From Trichodelitschia bisporula (Eukaryota), in assembly GCA_010356995.1 (NCBI GenBank), contig ML996688.1, positions 558,001 through 622,000 on the forward strand: a stretch of 64,000 nucleotides of DNA, read 5' to 3'. The translations under genes were made by a program, and so were the position numbers. How positions within the stretch are numbered: the stretch's first letter is position 1; every line of letters begins with the position of its first letter. Under the pieces are notes generated by a model, which did not search any database, was not told the origin of the DNA, and worked only from the letters and a program-made list of their open reading frames with translations. Positions 37,539-48,065 of the stretch are shown in pieces.

Positions 37539-38445
37539 AGAAATTCTACTCCCTGATTGATCCGCCAACCAGGGTGAACCCCCGCTTTAAGACCCTTTTG
37601 TACCCCAGCTTGAACCTTAGCCGCTCAAGGGATACCTAGTACAAGATGAATGGATAGCCAGACAGTAGCAATTATTTCACACACACTTCCCTAATACTTA
37701 AGCTACACACCTGCCATGCACGCACCTCTAACCAGTCAGTCGGGCGACGTAAACTTCTCTTTCACGAGATACGCGCCCATTTAGGAAGCATTGCCACGCT
37801 CCAGTCCACATAAACTTTGTGGTTGAGTACCATTTCCTGTGGGTGCCTCCGGGCAACAAATAGTTGGACTACCCATCGGATGAAGGCGATTTAAATGAGC
37901 AATCTCTAACATTAATATACTCATGCCGCGCATTACCTTTCTGCTGCAAGCTTGAATTTGAAATTATGATGGGAACTCGCCATTAACTGTAAGGGAGAAT
38001 GTATGGTAGGGGGTTGTTCCGCAAGACAGTTCGGTCGCCGTTGAAAGCCATGCGTCCGAGAAGAATGCGAAACACATGCTTCCTAAATTGTATGCCAGAA
38101 AGGAGCTGACGAACTACCGTTCGTACGTCTCATGCGTCTCTCAAGGTGCGCTTTTACAGAGCGAGCAACGTCACTTCTTCGAATATTAGTGGACAGATGT
38201 ATCCAGTCATGTTTGTCCGATGGGGCATCGAGCCTTGGTTTGCACGCCCGGCACTCTCGGTTCCCGTTCCAGCGGCCTTGATACACCTTTCAACGCTACC
38301 AACGATCTCTTGATGCACTTTGAATTTCGCTTTTAGAAAGAATATATGATGACTATTGCCCCCCTTACACTTGCAACCTCTCAAAGGCATTACATCCTTC
38401 TAGACGGCCCGCTGCAGCCTTGATACACATGATGTGGAGTGCAGA

Positions 38446-39852
38446 TTAGTAGAAATTTCCCTGGGGTAAGGCGCAAAAGATGCCCGTGCCGAGTATGGAG
38501 ATTGCAGAGGCGAGCAGGAGGGCTTGCAAGAAGATGGTGTCTTGAATCTGGCGCAAAGCTGGCTCCTCGATCCACACCTCGCGGTCAAAGATCTTTCGTA
38601 CAATGTTACGTTGATCGTATTTGGCGACCCATGGCTCATCCTCGTAGCTGTTTGAGCACAAATTCTCCTGGGTGGCCCAGTCGTCATCATATTTAAAATC
38701 GTCCCCTGAAAACAACTCCCATGGACGAAGATGCCGGCGGTGCAGACCGTGTAGTACCTGTTAAGTTAGCAGAACCACCAAATTGTTTGAATCAACTGAC
38801 CACACACATCCCCTTCCATGCAGCAACGAGCGTACTTATTCCTACCATGAACGGAAGAAATGCCATGACGCGCCACTGTCGGCTGGCAGCACTCAATGTG
38901 ATGAGGACGCCCGTAAGCAGCCCGGCCGAGATGCAAGTTACACCGAGGCCGCGAGCAAATGTTACACGAGGCCTATTGCCATTACAGATAGCCCATCGCA
39001 CAAAATTCGGGTGCGTCTGTGAGCGGAGGCTCCACTCAACGGTCTCAACGACGACCCGAAATGCTGATGGGTGCGTAGTAACCTCAAGCGCGCGAAGGAG
39101 GGACGACCGTTCGCGGGACGAGAGATTCAGCTGGCGGGGCGCACCTTCTGCAACGTAAAGCGCAATGATGCGGGAGATCTCTTCCCGGTAAGGTTGGATG
39201 GTAACTGTGGTTCGAAGTCAGGTTCATACCGGCGTTTTGGAGGTGCCGCTTACAAGGCTGAACGCATCCGGCGTCCTCAAAAGCACCCTCCGCTTGACGT
39301 GAAGTCACCGAGTCTACTGCACTCGTAGGTGACGCGAGCCGTGCGAGATCCCGCACGCTTGTATCGGTCGCTTGGGCGTCACAGAAGGGATCGGAGGCGA
39401 CGTCAAGTCTTTGCGCCTTGAGGATTGCTGCAGCTTCGGTGGCCAGTGAGCCGTTCTTGTAGGCAGTTCTATGGGCGACTTCGGTCTGCTCGCGGGTCCA
39501 CTCCGGGGCTAACTTGCGCTCATTCTCGGTTAAGGCCTCAAACCTGCCGGCGAAGTCTTTGAACCAGAGGAAAAATTGTAGATTTTCGGCCGAATGCTCA
39601 ACGTACTTTGCGAAGTGCATAAAGTCTCGGGCCGTCATAGGCTAATGCAATTAGCTATTGGGCTACAGACCGATTGGCGACAAAAAATACAGGACAAGTT
39701 CCGCCTGCAATAATGCGGTCAAAGGACAGGGCCTCGGGAATGCCACGAGGCAAGATGGAGCGAAAACCAGTCGTGGGTCGTGATGCATCGGAAAGTGACG
39801 CCTTGGGGGATAGCACGCGCGCTGGGCGTCTGTAACTCAGTGAGTACGCCAT
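38446..39852 (-). CDS. RGS-domain protein with C-terminal transmembrane segments; exons 39852-39691, 39641-39254, 39204-38801, 38757-38446
   Basis: Spliced product GIPEALSFDRIIAGGTCP|PMTARDFMHFAKYVEHSAENLQFFLW...FTIQPYREEISRIIALYVAEGAPRQLNLS (RGS SxENLxF and LNLS motifs), followed by hydrophobic helices; frame is intact across three GT-AG introns. Confidence 0.85.
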
Positions 39853-40679
39853 ATTGAGCTGAGCAAAACAAATGGAATGAAGGCAGTACCGTAGTGTTGG
39901 ACATGGGGATCATGCCGAATAACTACCTCAAGCACATAGCTGCGGGAGAGGGCTTTCGTTCCACTAATTCGATATCTTGGGATCTGTAGAAGCCCGGGAC
40001 GGGACGACGATGCAGGCCCATGCATGCCGGCGGATGCATGCAAAGCGAGGATAAGCTAGTAAGGTGGAGAAGATGCTGACATGGGGTTTACCATTGCGGC
40101 GTACATGAGACAGAGGCAGCTGGGGGGGGGGGTTGGAAGGTCAACGGACTGAGAGCGATGTGGAGATATGGGGACTCTGATTGGGGAGGTAAAGTGAGGT
40201 TTGGCGATGCATGACGTCAATGACTTTGGCGTTTCGTTCGGCGGCGATGGGTCTGGACCGTAGTTTACGCTTTCTCGTACAGGGGCAAGAAGAATTGGGA
40301 TTGCGGTGTCCCTAGGACAATTCAAGATGAGGCTTTTAGTTCTACATCCGTAGGCCCCTACGGTAGGCGCAGGGGAGATGCTGCTGCCGATCTGCTGGGA
40401 GCGGGTTTGTTGGTGCAAGACGTCGCTCGATCGCAACCAACTTGCAGGCCTTTCAGCCACCATCTTGACTAAGTATGCATCACACACGAAAACATCGCAA
40501 TTACCGAGCGAATGGGTCGCATCGTTGAAATGCTCCCAGTGGCTGACAAGTCGATAGGGTAACTCTAGATAATGGAATTGTTTTGCCCTACCTTCATCTC
40601 CATTCGTTCTCTTTCTCTCTCTGCCGTCTCCAGCACTCCAGCCACACACGGAATGGACCATGAACGTGCAAGAAGTACT

Positions 40680-40765
40680 GTACGGTAGACTATGAAGGAG
40701 CCTACGGAGGAGCCTACGGAGGAGCCCACGGAGGAGCCTACGGAATAGACTACGGAGCAGACTAA
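40680..40765. repeat. 12-bp minisatellite (GGAGCCTACGGA), about 6-7 partly degenerate units
   Basis: GGAGCCTACGGA GGAGCCTACGGA GGAGCCCACGGA GGAGCCTACGGA ATAGACTACGGA GCAGACTA. Confidence 0.85.
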
Positions 40766-40979
40766 CTTCATGTATGCCATTGGCTTGAATGCGAGATATG
40801 CGCTAGAACTAGTGTCGCAGCTCCAAGAGGGGCCCACGAGGGGCTTGAGATCGGAATTCCTGCAGACTCGGCAAATGTTCATGGCGTCCGATCTCGTCGC
40901 TTGCATAGTGTAACGTCAAATTTTCTGACAGCTCACATCTAGCCATTCGGCCATTCAGTCTCTTCAAGCTCGCCTTTTG

Positions 40980-41981
40980 CTACAGCTTTCCCCATCCCAT
41001 CAGCCGCATAGGTCGTCCATCCGTGCCGCTGAGCGAACCCGCGTCTATGTTGATCGTCTGCCCCGATATGTATGATGCCTCGCGGGACATGAGAAACAGA
41101 GCCAGATACGCAACTTCCCACCTAACACTCTCGTTAGCCATCAATCAATACCCTAATTTTGCCTACAGAACTGGATCAAAGCTGATGACATACCCGGTTG
41201 CCTGCCGCCCAAACGGCACTCTTGCCGCTCGTCCTTTCCGGTGTCGCGAGGCATCTCGCCCCAAGGGGGTATCGACGTAGCCCTGGACATGTCCCTGATT
41301 AATAATACCTTTCGAGTCCTTCAATGACAAACTTACTGGAGCAATGACATTTGCTCTCACGCCCTGTGGCTCTCCCGCCCGTGCAACAGCTCGTACCAGA
41401 GCCATCTGTGCTGCCTTGGACGTCTCGTAGGCCGGATTCCCACTATTGGCCCGCAGTCCTGCCATGGATGACAGAATGACTATAGACGCGCCCGGATCCA
41501 GGGTTTGAAGGGAGCTCTGCGCAAAGAGCATATGGCTCCTCACATTGACCGCAAACTCATCATCCCATGATTCCCTCGTGATCTTGTGCAGCGGCAGGCC
41601 TCGTGATATACCAACGACGAGCACCAGTCCGTCCAGGCCTCCGAGCGTGGCTTTGGCATCGGCTACTGCCTTAGGTATGCCGCTGGCATCGCGCACGTCG
41701 AAGATGTATGGGTAGGCCTCGCCCCCTTCCGATCGAATTTGCTGAACAGTGGCCTCGGCAGCCTCGCGAATTACGTCGAGACAGACGACGGCTGCGCCTT
41801 CCCGCGCGAAAAGAGTCGCAATGGCACGGCCATTGCCAATTGGGGGATCCGCATCAACTATCTGGCGTTGGCCGGCGCCCACTATCAGAACCTTTCTCCC
41901 CACAAGTCGCTTGTTAGACTTCGCCTTGCCGATCGTCTCTGGAAAGACGGAAGATGCTGCGTCAAAATCACTTGGTGCCAT
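40980..41981 (-). CDS. Short-chain dehydrogenase/reductase (FabG-like), C-terminus ...GWGKL; exons 41981-41337, 41282-41194, 41121-40980
   Basis: VLIVGAG...GNGRAIA Rossmann motif, ILSSMAG, catalytic YETSK, VRANVIAPG, PFGRQATGWEVA, SYISGQTINIDAG. Confidence 0.93.
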
Positions 41982-42072
41982 GATTCTGCGATCAATCGTG
42001 TAGGTTCTAGTCAATTGCGACTGGAAACGCAGTGGCTGAAGTTCGCTGCAAATATGAACATGCATGTCGAGA

Positions 42073-42078
42073 CCTCGG
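42073..42078. promoter_or_regulatory. CCTCGG motif (FarA/FarB/Ctf1-type site) in the divergent SDR/CMD promoter
   Basis: Exact CCTCGG in the 226-bp intergenic region; a single 6-mer is weak evidence alone. Confidence 0.4.
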
Positions 42079-42207
42079 CTCTGCTGTATACCCCTCACAG
42101 CTGCTTCCTCAACCACGGCGCCTGGGGCTCCGAGCATTTAATATTTACTGTCATCCAGACTCCTTATTAGAATCATTTCCCCCGCAATCCTAAGAGATTC
42201 CCCAAAC

Positions 42208-42832
42208 ATGAGGCTTCCGTACGTATCCAACCCGCCACAGTTCGCCAATGCCGAGCACCAAGCGTTCGTGGAGCGCCTTCTCAAGGCGCGCGGCCGCCAC
42301 AGCCTTTCCCCGCTCGACCTGACGCTACTGCACTCGCCGCCGCTCGCACGCGGCTTCATGCAATTCTTCACTGCAATCCGCGGCAAAACTACCCTTCCGG
42401 CCGACATTCTCGAGCTCGCCATGTGCCGCGTCGGTGCGCTCAACGGTGCAGCTTTCGAATGGATGCACCACATGCCCCTGCTTAAAAAGGCGGGTGTGAG
42501 CGACGAGGGCATTGAGACGGTCCGGACCGCAATCGTTCACCTCACCGGCAAGCCGGGTGAAAAGGGGTTGGACGCGCGGCTCTGGGCAGTGATGAACTAC
42601 GTTGACGTCATGACCAAGGACGTCCAGGTCCCCGACGCGACGTTCGATACGCTCAGACAGATACTCGACAGCAGGCAAATTGTTGAGCTGAGTGAGTACT
42701 ACCGCCTAAAGATGCCACCGACTCATGTATGCAGCCTTGACCATTGCGGGGTATAATGCCGTCTCGCGCTTCCTCATAGCCTTGAACGTTGCAGAAATGA
42801 GAAACACCAAGGTCGGCGATGCAAAGTTGTAG
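42208..42832 (+). CDS. Carboxymuconolactone decarboxylase / AhpD-like protein, C-terminus ...GDAKL; exons 42208-42691, 42735-42832
   Basis: MRLPY start, LSPLDLTLLHSPPLARG, ELAMCRVGALNGAAFEWMHH, IVELTLTIAGYNAVSRFLIALNV. Confidence 0.9.
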
Positions 42833-42963
42833 ATATAAAATCGGACAGAACCAAACCTCTAATCGCACGCGGGAACAAAACGGCGTGACGTTAACGGCGT
42901 GACGTTCACGGGACATCTTGGTATACATACACCGGCCAAAACTCCATAATTTTCCAAAAGAAT

Positions 42964-44513
42964 TTACAACTTGGAGGTGCCAGCACTCACACGCCCAAGA
43001 TACAGAGGATCCACGCGCTCGAGACCGTACTTGCGCAGCAACTGGTCTGCCTTCACCCGCTGGGCTTCAAGCTTTTGCTGGACAATCTTGAAACGCTTAT
43101 TCTCATTCTTACCCAGCTGCTGCTGGTGTACCTCCTTCGGCCCGTCGACGATGTGAAGCGTGCGGCTGTTGGCGTACATCTTGGCGAGCGGCGTGTCCTG
43201 GCAGACACCAGCACCGCCGTAGGCTTGGATGGCGCGGTCGAGGGTGTGCAACGTCGCATCCGGCACCAGAATCTTGGCAATGGCAATCTCCTTGAGCGCC
43301 GATTTGGCGTCGCCGTTATCAATGGCCATGGCGGCATTGAGCACGACGAGACGGGCAGCGTCAATCTCAACGCGGGACTCAGCAACGCGCTGTATCATGA
43401 CACCGTGCGAAGACAGAAGGGCGCCAAAGGGCTTCTTGCGTTCGTCGTTGATGCGGGCGAGGAAGTAGTCGAGAGCCTTCTCGGCCTAGAAACGAACGTC
43501 AACATATGGCATTTCAGGAGATGCACCGAACTTACGACACCGACGGCGCGCATCGCGTGGTGGATGCGGCCCGGGCCGAGACGGCCTTGGATGATGTCAA
43601 AGCCGCTGCCGGGTTGCAGGACGATGTGGTCGAGCGGGACGCGCACGTTCTTGAAGGTAATGTGGCCATGGCCGTGCGGAGCATCGTCGTAGCCAAACAC
43701 GGAGAGCATGCGGTTGATGGTGATGCCTGGGGTGTCGGCGGGGACGAGAATGACGGACTGCTGCTTGTACTTGTTCGAGTTGTTGGGGTCAGACTTGCCC
43801 ATCACGAGGTAGACCTTGCACCGCGGATCGCCAGCACCGCTGCTCCACCATTTCTTTGTCCGTCAGCCAGAGTCTTCTAGTTACGCAGGGGCCGCACATA
43901 CTGAGCCGTTGAGCACCCACTCGTTGCCATCGCGGCGGATGTTGAGCTGAATGTTGGTCGCGTCGCTGGACGCCACTTCCGGCTCCGTCATCAGGAAGGC
44001 AGAGCGGATCTTGCCCTCGAGCAGCGGGTCGAGCCACTTGCGCTTCTGCGCCTCAGTGCCGTACTTGGCGAGCACCTCCATGTTGCCAGTGTCTGGGGCA
44101 GCGCAGTTGCAGGCCTCACTGGCCGTTTGGCTCTTGCCCAGGTACTCGGCCATGAGGCCGTACTCAAGGTTGCTGAAGCCAGCGCCTTCCTTGAAGTGGT
44201 TCCTCGGCAGGAACAAGTTCCACAAACCAAGCTTCTTCGCCTTGGCCTTGAGGTCCTCGAGGACGGGAGGGTGCGCGCTGAAGCGTTCCCCAGCTGTCTG
44301 GCCGAGCTGCTGGAAGAAGACGGTATCGGCAGGGAGACATTCTTCCTCGACAAACTTCTCAACCTAATTGCGAGTGTTAGATCTGCAGCTATCATAGGGT
44401 TTACAAGGCGTAAATCTCACCAGGTCGAGAGTCTTTGCAGCGCGGTCGCTGACAAACGGCCGCGCAATGGCGGGAATGCGCTGCGAGGCGGTGAGGTTCA
44501 GAGCCGGGGCCAT
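42964..44513 (-). CDS. Acyl-CoA dehydrogenase (ACAD10/11-like catalytic domain), C-terminus ...GTSKL; exons 44513-44421, 44363-43902, 43853-43536, 43485-42964
   Basis: [85 protein letters not shown]. Confidence 0.95.
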
Positions 44514-44641
44514 AGTGAGAGAATGAGACGAAAGAGAGGGGATGGGTAGTGTGGGGTGACAGGAGAAGCTGCGATCGGGGTTGTCTATGTACGGTAGCTT
44601 GGTGGGTCATGGCGGCTCATTTGCGGGGAGGTTTGCGGGGG

Positions 44642-44868
44642 CCGAGGTGAAGGTAGCGGGCCCACCCCAGACTCCTGGGAGAACGTCGACCGAGGCTGTT
44701 TTGGGGGGGATGTGCATCAGCAATGGAACGCCATTCCGTCAGGGGGGCAACTCCAAACATGCAGGCAATCAAGCAACAATCATCATGCCACTGGAAACAG
44801 GCATTGTATGTGTGTGATTATGAATTATAAACATCTGAAGTTAGGAAAAGGATGCCCGCTGCCCGAGG
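44642..44868. promoter_or_regulatory. Three CCGAGG (= CCTCGG) FarA/FarB-type motifs upstream of the acyl-CoA dehydrogenase
   Basis: CCGAGG at 44642, 44690 and 44863, all within 360 bp of the ATG. Confidence 0.55.
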
Positions 44869-45606
44869 TGGCCTGATTGAGGGTTCTTTTTGAGGGCGGG
44901 GTTAGTACGGTATCGTAAGGTAAGTAGGTAGGCCTGAGCGGGATTCAGCTATCATTAGCCGCTGAAACTACGATGTACTGCAGTACTATGAATGTGCGTA
45001 GCAGACATTTTTTCGGCTCCTCAATGAGGATACTCTTGTAGTGGCTCCATTTAGACGGATGCCTTATATGTGCCGATAGCCGGGTATTGGCAAACATGAT
45101 TTAACTCGGATGAGATTCGAGCTCTATAACTAGACACGCTAGAGTACTAGTTGTCCTGTGGAACGTCCCGAACATGGATTCCTACCGAAAAGCCGAAAAT
45201 GATGGTTCGAGGCAATAATCTCAGACAAGTGCTATGATGAGACGTGCTCATGTCAAAGGCTGGCGCGGCTTGAAAAGTACTGTACCATGTACCAGTACCG
45301 TATGGCGGAAACCCGGCATCGCGCTGGTGTTTCGACAACCCCAATACCCCACCACCCCTTCCCCACCACGCCGACGTCGCCCTTGGCCCCAATTTTCGAA
45401 ACCCCCAGATCACGTGAACTCGCGACTCCAGAACCGCGCATTGTTGACAAACCCATAACCAAACACTCGCCAATCCTTACGGTCCCGCCCGATTCTGGAA
45501 TACCAGTACCGATATACAGCATACTTAGCACACATACGCGACGCTGAAAGCTATCTCCTTGCAAGCTTGGAGGCGCCTGCGCCGCGCTCCTTCCCCGAAG
45601 AAAGCC

Positions 45607-47649
45607 ATGGAAGTCGTAATCCTCTCATCGTCTCCCCTCCCGCAACGCGACTTCGCCACGAATCGGAGCCCCCGTGCAAACACACCCGTCAACCTTTCAA
45701 CATCGCCACTGCCGTCACCTTCAGCGCTTTTTGCAGACACAAGTATGGAGACGCATCATAGTAGAGCCTTAACATCCCCAGGCACGACTACCGGACTCAC
45801 GGATTTCCAGCGCGCGACCGACTCTTTGAGCCCTGGTGGAGTTGAGAAGGATGGTGCATATTCTCCTTTCGGGAATGTGAGCGACAGTCGACCGCCGAAA
45901 GCTAGCATGCGTCAGACAGGAACTGGACACAGGCGCGCCTCGCCTATACTTGGTGCATCCGAGAAGCGCCCCGGTAGTCGAAGAACAAAGCTGGCGTCCC
46001 CATCGCCTGAGCAGGCTTGTCACTCTGTGGATTCAAACGCTCTGGTTGCTCCTGAGCTCGCATCTACAGTGGTCAGTGACAAGACCACCGGCCTGAAAAG
46101 GGCCAAAGCAGTTCCGGCAAAGATCAAATCTCAACCGAAGCCGCGGAAATCGACCAAATGTGCGGCGAAAAGAACAGAGACGGTCTCTGCTCATTTTGGT
46201 GCCAGTAAAATCAATTCGAAGACGGTAGAAACGACGCCAAAGGAGGATGTTCTCAGTTCATCGCCAGTCGAAGGGCGGCGAGCCTGCTTTTCCAACATCC
46301 TCGATGCCCTCACCTACGCTACCCCTGAACAGACTACGGACGCATCGGTGTCTGTGCCTGATGTCGTTCTGGGGAAGAGAAGGAAAATCGAGCTTATCGA
46401 TATGGACAACCATTCGGCTTCTGCTCTTGCTGTGCCCCGTGCACCCAAGGCAAAGCCACCAAAGAAGAAGCCACGTACGATCACTGCTCGGGTCATGGAG
46501 CAGTACGAGGCTGCAGAGAGTGCGGTAGAGTCCGAGCTCGCACCCGAGGATGGAGCGCAAATCGCCAAAGCCGTTACGTTCAACGCTCGCGCAAAGGGAC
46601 CGCCAAAGCCACGAAAGCCGAGGGCTACAAAGCCAGCCAAAACTGCGGCCAAGAAAAAGGGCACAAAGGCTGGGAAGGCAGCGGCCCCTGTGCAAGAACT
46701 CCTACCGCCGGAAACCGCAGCTCAGACAGCCAAGAGGCAGCACTTCGTGTTCGGCACTTCAAGCCAACTACGTGAGGACTCGCCTACCTACTTGATGGAC
46801 TTGCAGCGCGCCTTGAAAGAATCTGAAGTATTGCCCCCTGTGACGGAGGAAGAAGTCCAGGCTCCGCGTCTTTGGTCTGAAGCCGCCATAGGGACTCTCA
46901 TCGACGCCGATCCGAAGCCCATTTTGGTTGATGACCCGCCACCAAAGTCTCCCCAGAGAGAGGTTCCGAGACCGGTAGAAGTCTCCACCAAGCGCGAAAC
47001 TCGGCCACTCCCCGATACTGATAACTGGGTTGAGATAGATGTCATAATGCCAGCCCCGTCTCCGAAGCAAAAGCGTGCTGCTTCAAAGGCTAAAGTGGAT
47101 GGCCAATCTCCCGGCACTCCCAGACCTCGCGGCCGGCCTCGCAAGATACACTCACCGCATAGCCCACCGCTACTTGTCAAGTCCCCAAAGGAGCGGGACT
47201 GGTCGCTTGTCGATGAGGTTGAAGATTCCGAGCCTGACGGTGCTTTCACGCCCTCGCCGCCAAGGTCAAGGTCCCAGCAGGTTGCCCCTCTCCCAGACCT
47301 TGTCGTCACTTCACCTTCGAAAACGAGGCGGGCTTACATGGCATCCACATCGCATCGCGAGTGGCCGCGAATATCGGCAGCACTGTTTCCCCAGATCACT
47401 GCCACGGTCAAGGCCGCGCCGCCGACGGGAAACCACCTCGAGCCGAGTTGGAGGGAAAAGATGGCCTTGTATGATCCTATCGTGGTGGAAGAACTCACAT
47501 TGTGGTTGAACAAGCAGGGACTGAGGTATGCGCGTAAAGACGGAGGTGAGGAGGAGCTGCAGCCTTGGATGGTGCAGATTTGGTGCGAGGAGAAGGGTAT
47601 CTGCTGCTTCTTGCAGGAGAATATCAGCGATAGAAGATCGAGGTCCTGA
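45607..47649 (+). CDS. SLX4: Structure-specific endonuclease subunit Slx4
   Basis: VVILSSSP start, KKKPRTIT, FVFGTSSQL, C-terminal WREKMALYDPIVVEELTLWLN...WCEEKGICC. Confidence 0.9.
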   Translation: MEVVILSSSPLPQRDFATNRSPRANTPVNLSTSPLPSPSALFADTSMETHHSRALTSPGTTTGLTDFQRATDSLSPGGVEKDGAYSPFGNVSDSRPPKASMRQTGTGHRRASPILGASEKRPGSRRTKLASPSPEQACHSVDSNALVAPELASTVVSDKTTGLKRAKAVPAKIKSQPKPRKSTKCAAKRTETVSAHFGASKINSKTVETTPKEDVLSSSPVEGRRACFSNILDALTYATPEQTTDASVSVPDVVLGKRRKIELIDMDNHSASALAVPRAPKAKPPKKKPRTITARVMEQYEAAESAVESELAPEDGAQIAKAVTFNARAKGPPKPRKPRATKPAKTAAKKKGTKAGKAAAPVQELLPPETAAQTAKRQHFVFGTSSQLREDSPTYLMDLQRALKESEVLPPVTEEEVQAPRLWSEAAIGTLIDADPKPILVDDPPPKSPQREVPRPVEVSTKRETRPLPDTDNWVEIDVIMPAPSPKQKRAASKAKVDGQSPGTPRPRGRPRKIHSPHSPPLLVKSPKERDWSLVDEVEDSEPDGAFTPSPPRSRSQQVAPLPDLVVTSPSKTRRAYMASTSHREWPRISAALFPQITATVKAAPPTGNHLEPSWREKMALYDPIVVEELTLWLNKQGLRYARKDGGEEELQPWMVQIWCEEKGICCFLQENISDRRSRS

Positions 47650-48065
47650 TACTGTAGATACCCAGTATGGCTCTGGAGGACTTCCGAGGTATGTGATTGG
47701 ATATCACTGAACCACAAAAACACCAAGACACCGTTACTGTGCACTCACAAGTAGCACACTGGCGAGGGTTTCTCTAACCCTACCACGTTCTATGATACAG
47801 ACAGGGTATGAGACGATGCGGCTGCAGGCTAAAGGAAAGCAAAGAGGATATATAAAAAGAACAGAAGTCGCAATGAAATGAAGACAGCGATGGGAAGCAC
47901 CACCGGTTTTCGTACAACAATGGCAGACATTAAGCCCCCTAGATGAAGCCATGCACAGACACGCCCAGATGTACACCCACGAGTCTTTGCCCCTAGCGTC
48001 CCAGTCATGTCCCCGTTGCGTTGATGCGTCAAACCCCACCCAGAGACATTTGTAACCCGTTCGCC

